Below are positions 8,534-19,100 of a stretch of 64,000 nucleotides of DNA, piece after piece. This DNA comes from a virus. The notes under the pieces were generated by a model, which did no database searches, was not told the DNA's origin, and saw only the letters and a list, made by a program, of their open reading frames with translations. The number at the start of each line of letters is the position of its first letter. Within the stretch, counting starts at the first letter, position 1. Made by a program: the position numbers and the translations under genes. The stretch is from positions 49,833-113,832 of IMG/VR virus record IMGVR_UViG_3300009001_000006; one strand, 5' to 3'.

Positions 8534-11500
8534 TTATTGATTTTCGTAAAAATTAGGCGGCGGAGTATAGCATTCTACTATATCCTCCCACATTAAACAA
8601 TCAGGGCCCTGTGTTTCAGACTTATGAACCAGGGCTTGATGCTTGCCTTCTTTATAACCTTTTAGTGTTTGTAAACACTCAAGATTACACCAGCAACTTG
8701 TTGGTGTCGGTATGGTTGGTTGAGATACGGCTGGGGTAGCTGTTGTTGTTGGACAGCAAACCTCATTAGGGTCTTTATATGCTCTGCTACTTTCTAGAAC
8801 AATATATCTATTATCATCATAATAAGCATATACTGTATCACATTTACAAAGCTCTATGCCTAAATAATCATATATTTTAATTTTTGCTTTTTCAATAGAT
8901 TTTTTAACATTCTTACCATCCTTATCCCAAATATCATAATATTCATAAAAACTTACCCCACCACCATCGGGATTAATTAATTCTGCCTCAACAACACCAT
9001 ATTTCGCTAAATTGCCTAGTAATCTTGCTACCACAATCTTATTAGCTGGCGGAGCTACCCAAACTCCTCTTTCTCTATCCCATCGTAAATCTATCGGACC
9101 AGCAGGCCATGTTTTAGGATTTTCTAGCCAATTTTTGAGGAATTTATCTTGTAGACCTTTTCTTCTAAATTTACCCTGCTCTGTTTCAGCTGCTGAGTCA
9201 ATAGCATTAGGTATGGGCTTTCCAGAAGTATCATAACCCCAAGCCTGTAAACTTAAAGGACCTCTTAAAATATTATACCTAAAGTTTTCAGATGCTTGTC
9301 TATTTCGTTCATCTTCGTCTAAATGTGTTAATTTATAATCTTCGTCAGTACCCCAACTAATAACATTGCAAATAAATCCTTTAAAGCTATTGTTTTGTCT
9401 GCCATCCCAATTATTCAACATTGCTTCAGAGGTTACGGCATTTAAATACTGTTGATGAACCGCTAGGTCATATGTTAATTCAGAGTCTAAAAGAAAGGGT
9501 GGAATTTCGTTTCTAGGTCTAGAATTGGGTGGTTTACCGGGCGTACTGTCCTCTGGTTTTTGTCCATACTCCATAATTCCACAATCATAATCCTGATACA
9601 TAGCTAGTCGTGGTAATTGATATTCATCGTCACCTTCTTGATTGGTGCTGATGGGTGTAAATATCAAATCCAAAGTAGAAATAGCATGTCTTTTAAAGGT
9701 ATTTTTTTTAACGTGTTCCCAGGTATATCCTTTTTCAAGCTCTAATTTAGGTCTATTTTTCAAAATATTACCGGTAGAAGCACTAGATCCACCACCTAGA
9801 TCTGGTGGTGGTATATATGGCTTACATGGTCTACAACCTCTTTCGAGGCCCTTCGAACCATCATGACAATCTGTGCCCCCACTAGCATTGGTATCTTTAC
9901 TTCTCATGAAAAATGAGCCAATTAATATTAAACCTGGACTTGTTCCAGAACCTTGTGTATTACCTCCACCATCATTTTGTGTAACTACCCCAGCAGTACC
10001 TGGTATCTGAAAACTTTGCGTAGATGCATCTTGCAGAGCCGTATCAGTGCTATTGATAAGTTTCTGTAATTCTAAACTTTGATCCTTGAAGAATTTATTA
10101 ATATAAGACATCGACTGATAGCTTTTAGACCACAAATCAGCCAATGCTCTACCAGGACTACCAAACTTTGGAGTATAAGTTTGAAAATTATAAGTAGTAG
10201 TATACCCACCTTCACCAATATTAATATTTATATCAGTAAGAGTAGCAGCATTAGTGCCGACCATATAGCCTATATTGTAAGATGGTAGGGCAGCAACAGT
10301 AACCGAGCCCTTTTCTTGTTTTTGCAATCCTCTAGGACCATCAGCAGCAATTAAATTGCCATACTGATTCATTCTTGCATAGCCATCGTCAAAACCATTT
10401 GTAAATTTCCATGGACACAATTCTTTATTATTTTCATATATCGTTCCACCAACAGGATTGCTCACAAAACTCCAAGGACCATAAACAAAAAGATTGCTTC
10501 TCATAGGAAGTATAAAATGATCTGGAACAACACATGGTCTATGGCTTTTTAAGACATTAAAAGCACTAGTGTTAGTAGGAGCACCATCATTTCGATCTTG
10601 GGGATCATCACAAAATATATCCTGTAAAGCCTCCATTCTTGACTGGTCAGTATTACCATCAAAAAGAGTCATCATAGCCACAGCGCCTTGGCTAATTAAA
10701 TTCTGATCACATAATTTACCATCTGCTTGTAATCTTAATCTTGGTGGCCCACTAACACTCACTCTAACATACTGCTTGCCATCGACTTGATAAATAGCCT
10801 CTGTTGTCGATGACTTTAGGTATAATGATTGAGCCTTGGTGTAAAAAGCCTCATCGCTACAACTACTAAGTTCAACCTCCCAGGTATTATCTAATTTATT
10901 GATATTTTTTCTTTCATCTATCTTAACAAAGGGGCCTATTCGATTGTCTGATTCATGAAATAAAAGAGTTTCTGGACCTATAGTAAGTCCCAATATTTGA
11001 TTTGCACCAGGATTAGGCCATCCACCAGCAGATGATGGCATATCAGAAGTGTAAAATAAACCACCAGGTTCTGCTTTTAAATTAAATGCTGGTTTATTGC
11101 CAAACTTATCTTTAATACAAATACCCGAATTCTGATCGCCAACCTGTACAAGATACTCTCTGCCATAATATTTATCATGAATATTTTTTAACCAATTAAA
11201 AGCTTCTTGTAGTTTAGGCATAATTTCTTTACGATTATTTCGCACCAATTGATTCATATGCTCATTAACGCTTTGAGCTGTACGATTCTCTGCGAAATTT
11301 GTTAAAAAGTCAGCAACATTATCTCTTAATTTTGCCATATCAAAACCCAAAGCACTCATAACCTTATAACCAAAAGTAAGCTGACCAGTACCAGCTTCTC
11401 CTACATACATGCACCATGTTTGATATGAAGCTGTAGCTAATAACTCTTTTTCTGTAAGCTCGAACGACGTAAAGTTATTGGCTATACCTAAAGCCTCGCA

Positions 11501-11614
11501 TATCATCGTACAATCATAATCTGCAATAAAAACCTGCTCAGGATCAGATAGATATACATTAAATCCTTGTGCTGTTAATCTTTCTCCAAAAAACATTTTA
11601 ACAGAGCATGCCAT
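8534..11614 (-). CDS. large distal tail/baseplate hub-type virion protein
   Basis: 1026 aa, downstream of the TMP; TLTDININIGEGGYTTTYNF hub-like strand motif; Cys-rich C-terminus. Confidence 0.6.
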   Translation of the reverse strand: MACSVKMFFGERLTAQGFNVYLSDPEQVFIADYDCTMICEALGIANNFTSFELTEKELLATASYQTWCMYVGEAGTGQLTFGYKVMSALGFDMAKLRDNVADFLTNFAENRTAQSVNEHMNQLVRNNRKEIMPKLQEAFNWLKNIHDKYYGREYLVQVGDQNSGICIKDKFGNKPAFNLKAEPGGLFYTSDMPSSAGGWPNPGANQILGLTIGPETLLFHESDNRIGPFVKIDERKNINKLDNTWEVELSSCSDEAFYTKAQSLYLKSSTTEAIYQVDGKQYVRVSVSGPPRLRLQADGKLCDQNLISQGAVAMMTLFDGNTDQSRMEALQDIFCDDPQDRNDGAPTNTSAFNVLKSHRPCVVPDHFILPMRSNLFVYGPWSFVSNPVGGTIYENNKELCPWKFTNGFDDGYARMNQYGNLIAADGPRGLQKQEKGSVTVAALPSYNIGYMVGTNAATLTDININIGEGGYTTTYNFQTYTPKFGSPGRALADLWSKSYQSMSYINKFFKDQSLELQKLINSTDTALQDASTQSFQIPGTAGVVTQNDGGGNTQGSGTSPGLILIGSFFMRSKDTNASGGTDCHDGSKGLERGCRPCKPYIPPPDLGGGSSASTGNILKNRPKLELEKGYTWEHVKKNTFKRHAISTLDLIFTPISTNQEGDDEYQLPRLAMYQDYDCGIMEYGQKPEDSTPGKPPNSRPRNEIPPFLLDSELTYDLAVHQQYLNAVTSEAMLNNWDGRQNNSFKGFICNVISWGTDEDYKLTHLDEDERNRQASENFRYNILRGPLSLQAWGYDTSGKPIPNAIDSAAETEQGKFRRKGLQDKFLKNWLENPKTWPAGPIDLRWDRERGVWVAPPANKIVVARLLGNLAKYGVVEAELINPDGGGVSFYEYYDIWDKDGKNVKKSIEKAKIKIYDYLGIELCKCDTVYAYYDDNRYIVLESSRAYKDPNEVCCPTTTATPAVSQPTIPTPTSCWCNLECLQTLKGYKEGKHQALVHKSETQGPDCLMWEDIVECYTPPPNFYENQ

Positions 11615-11617
11615 AAT

Positions 11618-12571
11618 TTATTGATCCTCCTGATTTAAAGAATTATCAACAGCAGGAGTGCTTTGTGTAATTTGATTTCCAACATAACCTAATCCTGTCA
11701 CCACAGGATCGTCTGGCACAGGTCTTACACCAGGTGTACCCGGCCGACCTTCACAATCACCCGCCTTATCTACATTAGTAAGATAATGTACATTTTCTCC
11801 TATTACAAATTTCTTACTAGGCTCATAAGCTGTTTCTTCACCATATCTATAATCTATAGTACCTGCACCGCCACAAGAACCGGCAGCTATACTATTTAAC
11901 AATGTTCTCAAAGCACCGCTAGGGGGTGCGATTTTTTTACTAATAGGCACAAACGTAAAGTAGCTACCAACAATTTGTACAAAAAAATCATAACCAGCTT
12001 CTTGGCATGCCTGATCAACAATATTTAAAACATTACTATGACTATCACTAATTCTAAGGTAAAATGGACATATGGCAATAATTTGAGATAAATCCATATA
12101 TAAAGTTCCGCCACAAACAGGTAATAGCACAGCCCTTTGGTTTAGTGCTTGTAAGACATAATTCATAGGAATGCCAGACTCATCCTTCAATGAATTCATA
12201 AAATCGCCACAATCAAAATTACAAATACTAGGCTCTAAAAGAGCTAAAACATTATATATATTAGGACTATTAATAGGACAATAATAATCATCTAATACTG
12301 CGATAACATTATTCAGGCTTTGTCTGCCATCCGTAAGTCTGACGTCCCACACTAATCCGCCAGAAGATTCCTGATATGTATGATCTGCTAATACACCGGT
12401 GAAAGAAAGCCCACCAACAGCTATGGTATATATGCAACCTAAAGACCCATTATAAGTGCCACAATCTCTTTGTTCTACTAGTTTTAAGGAAACGCTAGAC
12501 TCGTTACTACCGAAACCTAAATTACATGTGATACTAGCTATTTCGCAATTAAATGCTTTAGTAGAAGCCAT
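11618..12571 (-). CDS. tail hub protein, N-terminal-type domain
   Basis: Location; NVLNIVDQACQEAGYDFFV resembles hub-protein domain motifs. Confidence 0.55.
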   Translation of the reverse strand: MASTKAFNCEIASITCNLGFGSNESSVSLKLVEQRDCGTYNGSLGCIYTIAVGGLSFTGVLADHTYQESSGGLVWDVRLTDGRQSLNNVIAVLDDYYCPINSPNIYNVLALLEPSICNFDCGDFMNSLKDESGIPMNYVLQALNQRAVLLPVCGGTLYMDLSQIIAICPFYLRISDSHSNVLNIVDQACQEAGYDFFVQIVGSYFTFVPISKKIAPPSGALRTLLNSIAAGSCGGAGTIDYRYGEETAYEPSKKFVIGENVHYLTNVDKAGDCEGRPGTPGVRPVPDDPVVTGLGYVGNQITQSTPAVDNSLNQEDQ

Positions 12572-14498
12572 TTGGTTCTTTCTCTAGTATAATGGTGACT
12601 AAATCTTTTGATTTGTTGATAAAGAATTCCTGTTTTTTTGATAAGTATCCTTCGTGCCAAGATTCTATAGAATATTTGCCATAATCCAATTCTACAATAC
12701 CATATCCACAACCATCGATTTTATTTCCATCATCATCAATGATTTCATAACAAGCTTCAGATGGTGATATATTAATTAATACCCCGTTTGTAAATTCTGG
12801 TGATGTGAATAATAATTTACTTGGTGTTTTATCGTAAGTATTTAATGATTCTATAGGAATATCATAGGTTTTTGACATCATAGCTTGAGAATATTGTTGT
12901 TCTTCTTTAAATGATTTTAATATAGTGAATGCATAATATTCGCTATTTATATTTGTCTTATTATATTCAATAGCATAAATATATCTATCGTATACTTTAA
13001 TTTTATAATCCCCATGGGTCAAATCATTAATCCTTAAATAATTGTCCTTAATATCATAATATGATTTATTATCGTCTTTGTCTATTAATTCAGCTTTTAA
13101 AGAATTCTTATCTCCACCAGCAACATATAAATATATCTCACCAAGATTGTTATTAGATTTGGTGGTCAAACACCTAATATCAATTTGTTTAGACTTGTTG
13201 AGAAAATTTAAAACTTGCTCTGGATTATTAGGTAAAAAATTAATAATTGTTGATATATTTGGAGATATATAAAGACCGCTAGTTGTATAAGAGTACCTAA
13301 TAGTTTCTGTAATAGATTTATCTGTCTTTGTATCTGTTAAAGACACAATATCATCATTGTGAAATAAATATTCATAATTTTTATCTAATATAATAGATCC
13401 TATTAATAATTTATTTTGATTATTAAATGTCGTATCATGGTATAAGGTGATGTCTTCGTCGCCAATAGATAATACAGAAGTAGCTTGTGATATTCTGGTT
13501 AATCCAGGACTAATATAAAAATACATATAATCTAGACCATCAATACTTACAGTATCAAAGTCTAATACTATATTTTGCTCTGTTTTTTGTTTTTTGTGCT
13601 CTAAGACAATTTTATTCGATTTTAATTTTTTGTGGAAGTCTTTTATTTTATTTTTTTCTAGTGGTATTAATAAAAGATTATAAAGCTTTTGTGTTGTTTC
13701 TTCAGGAAAATAAGATTCGCTACGGTAGTCTGCAGAAATTTTTGTATTAACTAAAATATTAGATGGCTCAGATATGAAAAAATCCTTATATATCTTACAG
13801 TTATTAGAGTCTGTAACAATTAATGTATAATAATTAGACTTGAGTTTATTTTTAATAGAGTTTTTATTAACAACAATAGGTTTGCTATCATCCTGTATAA
13901 ACCAAGCTATAGAATATGGGGCTTTACCACCAGATATTGTACATTCAACATTTTCTGATGTTCCGCCATTATATTTAATGGGCTCCCATTGTAATTCTAC
14001 TTTTAAATAGTCTATTTTTTTACTAATATTTTTACGCTCAACCATACAACCCAAACTATCTTTAATAGTAATATCATATGTATGATCGGCTTTAATCTCA
14101 TCAACTATATTATTATCATTAGTAGTAATATTTTTACCGTTTATAGACACAGCATATGGTGATTTACCACCAGACCACATAATATTTAGATCACCAATAT
14201 CGTTTTTACAATATAAACCGTCTATTTGCACTAAATCAATAGAAAGTATATCTGGACACTCTATTTCTATGCTTTCTATATAATCTTGTTTATTATCTAT
14301 ATCATAGATATTGACTTCATACAGACCGCACCCTAAATTTGATACTGTTTTACCATGGTTAGTAACTTTAGCATCTGGCGGAAGATTTTTCCATGTTATA
14401 GATAAATTTTTATTGTCCGTAAGATCTATAATATCAATTCCACCATTAGTATTAGATGTACATTCTGGAGTATATAAATCTATCTTATATTTTTTCAT
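12558..14498 (-). CDS. SprB/PKD-like repeat protein (putative adhesin/virion protein)
   Basis: Repeats SGGKSPY, SGGKAPYSIAW, NLGCGLYEVNIYD, YTLIVTDSNNC, LTHGDYKIKVYD. Confidence 0.7.
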   Translation of the reverse strand: MKKYKIDLYTPECTSNTNGGIDIIDLTDNKNLSITWKNLPPDAKVTNHGKTVSNLGCGLYEVNIYDIDNKQDYIESIEIECPDILSIDLVQIDGLYCKNDIGDLNIMWSGGKSPYAVSINGKNITTNDNNIVDEIKADHTYDITIKDSLGCMVERKNISKKIDYLKVELQWEPIKYNGGTSENVECTISGGKAPYSIAWFIQDDSKPIVVNKNSIKNKLKSNYYTLIVTDSNNCKIYKDFFISEPSNILVNTKISADYRSESYFPEETTQKLYNLLLIPLEKNKIKDFHKKLKSNKIVLEHKKQKTEQNIVLDFDTVSIDGLDYMYFYISPGLTRISQATSVLSIGDEDITLYHDTTFNNQNKLLIGSIILDKNYEYLFHNDDIVSLTDTKTDKSITETIRYSYTTSGLYISPNISTIINFLPNNPEQVLNFLNKSKQIDIRCLTTKSNNNLGEIYLYVAGGDKNSLKAELIDKDDNKSYYDIKDNYLRINDLTHGDYKIKVYDRYIYAIEYNKTNINSEYYAFTILKSFKEEQQYSQAMMSKTYDIPIESLNTYDKTPSKLLFTSPEFTNGVLINISPSEACYEIIDDDGNKIDGCGYGIVELDYGKYSIESWHEGYLSKKQEFFINKSKDLVTIILEKEPNGFY

Positions 14499-14515
14499 TC
14501 CTATTTATATCCTTA

Positions 14516-16114
14516 TTAACAATTGCTTGGTTTTGTCCATTCCTTTGTTACTCTAAAAGAACCAGTATTGGTTTTTGTGGTATTATAACTAGTCAAGTAC
14601 CAACCACCAGCGCCTTCTTCAGATCCCTTTTGATCAGCTATGCCAACGGCACAGTTTGTAAGATATCTTTCCTCACAGCCAGTGTCATCTACAGTAACAC
14701 TAACTGTTACAGATACTGTTTCTTTGGTGGTTGTGCCTAAATTTTGTAAAAGTGGCGCTCCCCTAAAAGGTATTGTAAATTCTGCAAAAATATTCGTAGG
14801 GTAAGTATGAGATATCTCTACCTCTGTTTTCGCAGCTCCTGGTATGCTACAATTTTTTGCTGTTGAATATTCATGACTAAAAGATACTGTACCCTGGCCA
14901 AAATTTCTAGTAACACTTTTATTAACTTCCCTTAAAGTACATTCAGCTGGTGGTACAATCGGTTCACAAACACCCAACAAACCCCCACTAGTGCAATCTC
15001 CAGTGTCATTTAAAGCCTGTTCTAAATACTGGGTAGCTATACCTAAGAAACTATTTTTAATACTACCATACACGCCATCAGCAGCACCAACCCTATCGGC
15101 ACTCATACTATGAAAAGCACCATTAGTGATTATAGTATTAAAATCATGACTATACAAACCCTCTACGGTGCCGGATACAGTAACTATTCTTCCTACTTGA
15201 GTACTGTCGGCTCTAGAATCAACAGTAATATCTATAAACGCATTAGGATGTGTACAGCCAGCTGGTCTCATAATAACATCGCCAGATACTGTCATAGTTC
15301 CATTTATAGGATCAGCATCCACACTTCTTACATGAAGTTGTTTACTACCACTATGATAAGTGTTCAGCGCATTAGTTAATGATGATGGACTAGCTAAACC
15401 GCTAGCAATATTACCATTTTGAATTTGCCCTATTCTTCTTTTAATTACTTCTTCAGCAGCTTCGATACCAGTTTTTTGACTTAGCTGACCTTTACATCCG
15501 ACACTGCCACCAGTAGCACTAATATTAAAACTATATTTAGCATGAGCTTTACCAGCTTTAATAGAGCTAACCTGATCTACCGCAAAACCATCATTATCTA
15601 CATTAAGAGTAACGCTTTCGGTAATATCTTTAATAATTTCACCAGAAGTAACATAACTACCAGCACTAGCATTAGGCCTTACGGCAAGCTGGCCGTTATT
15701 GTGATACATTTCTAATTCGATGTTGTATGTAGCGAGTTGAGTCCATGTTGGATCTGGGCCTTCATCTACACTAACAGATCTAACAGTACCATAACCATTT
15801 ACTAATACGGCACCACCACAATTAATATTAACTTGAACACAATCACCCACCCTACCTATACCTTCTATAATAGCTTTAGCTTGACTGCTTACATCACTAA
15901 ATCCACCAGCAGTTGCAGTATAAACTGTTCCATTAAGAGATACTGTTAAAACACCTCCAACAACAAGCTCACCAATTCTGTACTGATCTGTAGAAAGACT
16001 TACAAAAGGAGCAGGATTTAGACCTTGACCATTTACAGATATAGTGGCTCCACCAGCTGGTACATTTTGTGTTGATACAGTCTGAACGGTTGTTTTTTCA
16101 TCTCTAATTTTCAT
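14516..16114 (-). CDS. distal tail protein (putative)
   Basis: Immediately downstream of the TMP; beta-rich; PAPFVSLS motif. Confidence 0.55.
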   Translation of the reverse strand: MKIRDEKTTVQTVSTQNVPAGGATISVNGQGLNPAPFVSLSTDQYRIGELVVGGVLTVSLNGTVYTATAGGFSDVSSQAKAIIEGIGRVGDCVQVNINCGGAVLVNGYGTVRSVSVDEGPDPTWTQLATYNIELEMYHNNGQLAVRPNASAGSYVTSGEIIKDITESVTLNVDNDGFAVDQVSSIKAGKAHAKYSFNISATGGSVGCKGQLSQKTGIEAAEEVIKRRIGQIQNGNIASGLASPSSLTNALNTYHSGSKQLHVRSVDADPINGTMTVSGDVIMRPAGCTHPNAFIDITVDSRADSTQVGRIVTVSGTVEGLYSHDFNTIITNGAFHSMSADRVGAADGVYGSIKNSFLGIATQYLEQALNDTGDCTSGGLLGVCEPIVPPAECTLREVNKSVTRNFGQGTVSFSHEYSTAKNCSIPGAAKTEVEISHTYPTNIFAEFTIPFRGAPLLQNLGTTTKETVSVTVSVTVDDTGCEERYLTNCAVGIADQKGSEEGAGGWYLTSYNTTKTNTGSFRVTKEWTKPSNC

Positions 16115-16137
16115 AACAAATATTATTCCTTATGAGT

Positions 16138-19100
16138 TTACGCTATTCTACCCAATGTTGTCAATGCTTGTAATTTTGTTTGTAAAGCCTCGGCAATTTG
16201 GCGCTTATCTTCTTCACTTAATTTATAGTTACTATCTTGTGGTGCTATTAGTTCTACTCTAATAGTATCACTATTAACATTAATAGTATCTGGAATATTA
16301 GGTCCTTTAATCTCAATATTTTTCAATCCATTCAGAGCGTTCACAAGTTTATCAACATGATTACCAAAATTATTAACAGGTCCGCCAAGAGCAGGAAATA
16401 CTCTGGCTAAATTATTAATTAGTCCACCAAAAGCACTAGTTTCGCTATTAAAGTTTCTGATAAATGTATTAAATACACTTTCTGCACCAGACATATCCAA
16501 ACCTAAGGCTCCGCCAACCATTCGCCCCATAGAACTTAGGCCACCATCAAAATAGTTCCTAGCTTGTATTACACCGCCAGATCTAGCATAGGTTGCTCCC
16601 CCCATATGAGTTGGCATTGACCCATTATTAATAGATTTAAGCAACGGTAAGTGTTTTTGCGTAGCGGCCCTATTAACCACAAACTCTCCCGGAGTAAGCA
16701 TAGCAGGAACAGTATCTGTTCCCTTTGGCTGATAGTTTACAAGTGTAGAGCCGCCACCGCTAAGATAATTTGGTATTGAACCACCCCTAGCTCTTTTAAC
16801 AGGTTCTTGCATTTGTATTTCTTTTTGGCTTACAATAAATTCTTTATTATCAAAAGGAGTAGGTGCCCCAATTAAGCCTCTAAATTCTTGTTGACCCTTA
16901 CCACCCTTACCAGATTCTGTTAATATGCCACCACCCTCAAGTATCATATTATAAGGATCTTTACCAGGAGCTAAGGCAGCTTGATACTTATCTAGAAATC
17001 CATTGGCACTAATCTGTTTGCCGCCAATAGTAAAGCTACCAGCTTTAGTTTGGGTGTCAGAAATAACACCAGCAGCATTTTCATCAATAATTCTAGCAGT
17101 AGTCTGATCGCCCTTCACAAAGTAATTCTTTAAAGAATCCCATAATGTATATATAGGCTTTAATTTTAATATGCTACTATCTAAATCTTTTTCATATTTA
17201 CCGTATATGGGATCTTGCAAAGTTGACGCAAAATCAAAATCTTTTACATAATCTAATCTAGCCTGTCTATTTGTAATACCTAATCTTTGACCAAAATTTA
17301 ATGCACTGGCTAGCAATCCAAGGATAGTGGTTTTCTTTGTTGTTTCTCCAGATAAATCAGTAAATCTATCTCTATCTTGTGCTGATATTTCAGTGCTACC
17401 AGCAGATGCGAAAAGATTAGCAATACCAGCGGCTTGTTTGGCTCCTCCGGTTCCTGCGCCGCTTAAAGCCCTATTAACAGCATATGTTTTACCCGCTCTA
17501 ATTCTTTTGATACTATTTCTATCAGTTAGTACGGTTTCCCTAAGCGCATCACCTGCCATATTGATACCAAGTCTTCTAGCTACTGTATCAAAACCATCAG
17601 CTGATGTAATGCCACCGAACTCGTAATCAAAATTATCTTTAATAAATTTGGGTACCTGACCGTTGATAGCATTTCTGTATTTTTTGATACGCTGCTCTTC
17701 AGTGCCAACTCCAGGTCCAAATCTTGGGAAATTTAATGGAGCGAAACCAGGATTAGCTCTGCCATAAATGCCACGATTCATTTGTGCGGTATATTTTTCT
17801 AATGCTCCAGCTATATCTTCCCATGAGCCAACTTTATCTTGAGGCAGTGATTCTGCTTCTTTACCCTTTTGCTTGGATATATCTTGAAGTCTTTTTCGTG
17901 TTTTATTTAAAAATGCCTGTTCATATTGTTTACCAAAATCTCTATTAAATGAATTAGCGGCACCAGTTACACTCCATAAACCAAATTTACTAGCAATAGT
18001 ATCACCAAGCTCGTCGGTAACTCCTACATTATACATGTTCTTGAGGGTGTCTAGCATCCAACCAGGATCAGCAACATCGCTATCTAATAATTGTATAGCA
18101 TCAGGATTAATACCTTTAAGCCAGTTATCCATATCAGATTCTGTTTGTGGTATTGGGTTAGCACCAGGAATACCAAGAGACTGACCATAATTCTTTAATA
18201 ATTTTTGAATATTATTATTAACAGTTGTGGTATAAGGATTCATTACTTCTTCAAGATTTAGCCCTGGTTTTCCATACAACATATCATCATCCATTTGCTT
18301 AAATGGATTAATTCTAGTTCCACCAAAAGAAGCGTTAGCTGGGTGGTTGAACAATACATATTGTAGAGTTCGTAAACCAAGAGTATCATTACCACCTATT
18401 CTTTGTTCTGGATCGTTACCTAGTTCTTCTCTGAATTTCCATCTTTTCTGAAGAAATTCAAATTCTAAATACTTATCATCATAATTGTCTTTATCTTTAT
18501 AGTATTTGTCCCATTCTTTATGTTTAGCTTTAAGTTCAGATCTCCTATCAGCTTCTTTTTGTAGGTAACCCTTAAGTTGTGCTGGTGTACTAGCTCCAGA
18601 CTGAGCTTCATACTTAGACATCATCTTGTTAATATCTGCTGCTGTTTGTTTCTTTTGTTTCTCTGTAGCTTTACCTTGACTGCTTTTTGACATCCATTCT
18701 GCATTAGCGGCTTTCATCATCATATCTGCTTTTAAAGCTTCTGATTCATCATCTACTTGTTGTTTAGTAGCAGCAATACTTAATAAACCAGCTTTGATAG
18801 GTTCGTCACTAACGCCTTTTACAGGACCGAAGGTTCTGGTATAGTCTAGTTTGGTATTATTAAATTTATTTAGTAATGTAGAATCACTTTCTGTTCCCTC
18901 ATCTTTAGCCGTTTGTAAAGCTTGAAATCTTTGTTGAAATCCAGCAAGCAGTTGAGCATTACTGGTGACTGTTGTGCCTTGTTGTTGTTGAACCAACAAC
19001 TCCTGAAGACGAACATTATCGTCGATAACGCTGTCTTTTAGCATAGCCTTTTCTAAATCATTAGGCTCTACCGATTTAGGTTTTGTTGGAGGCTCAAGAT

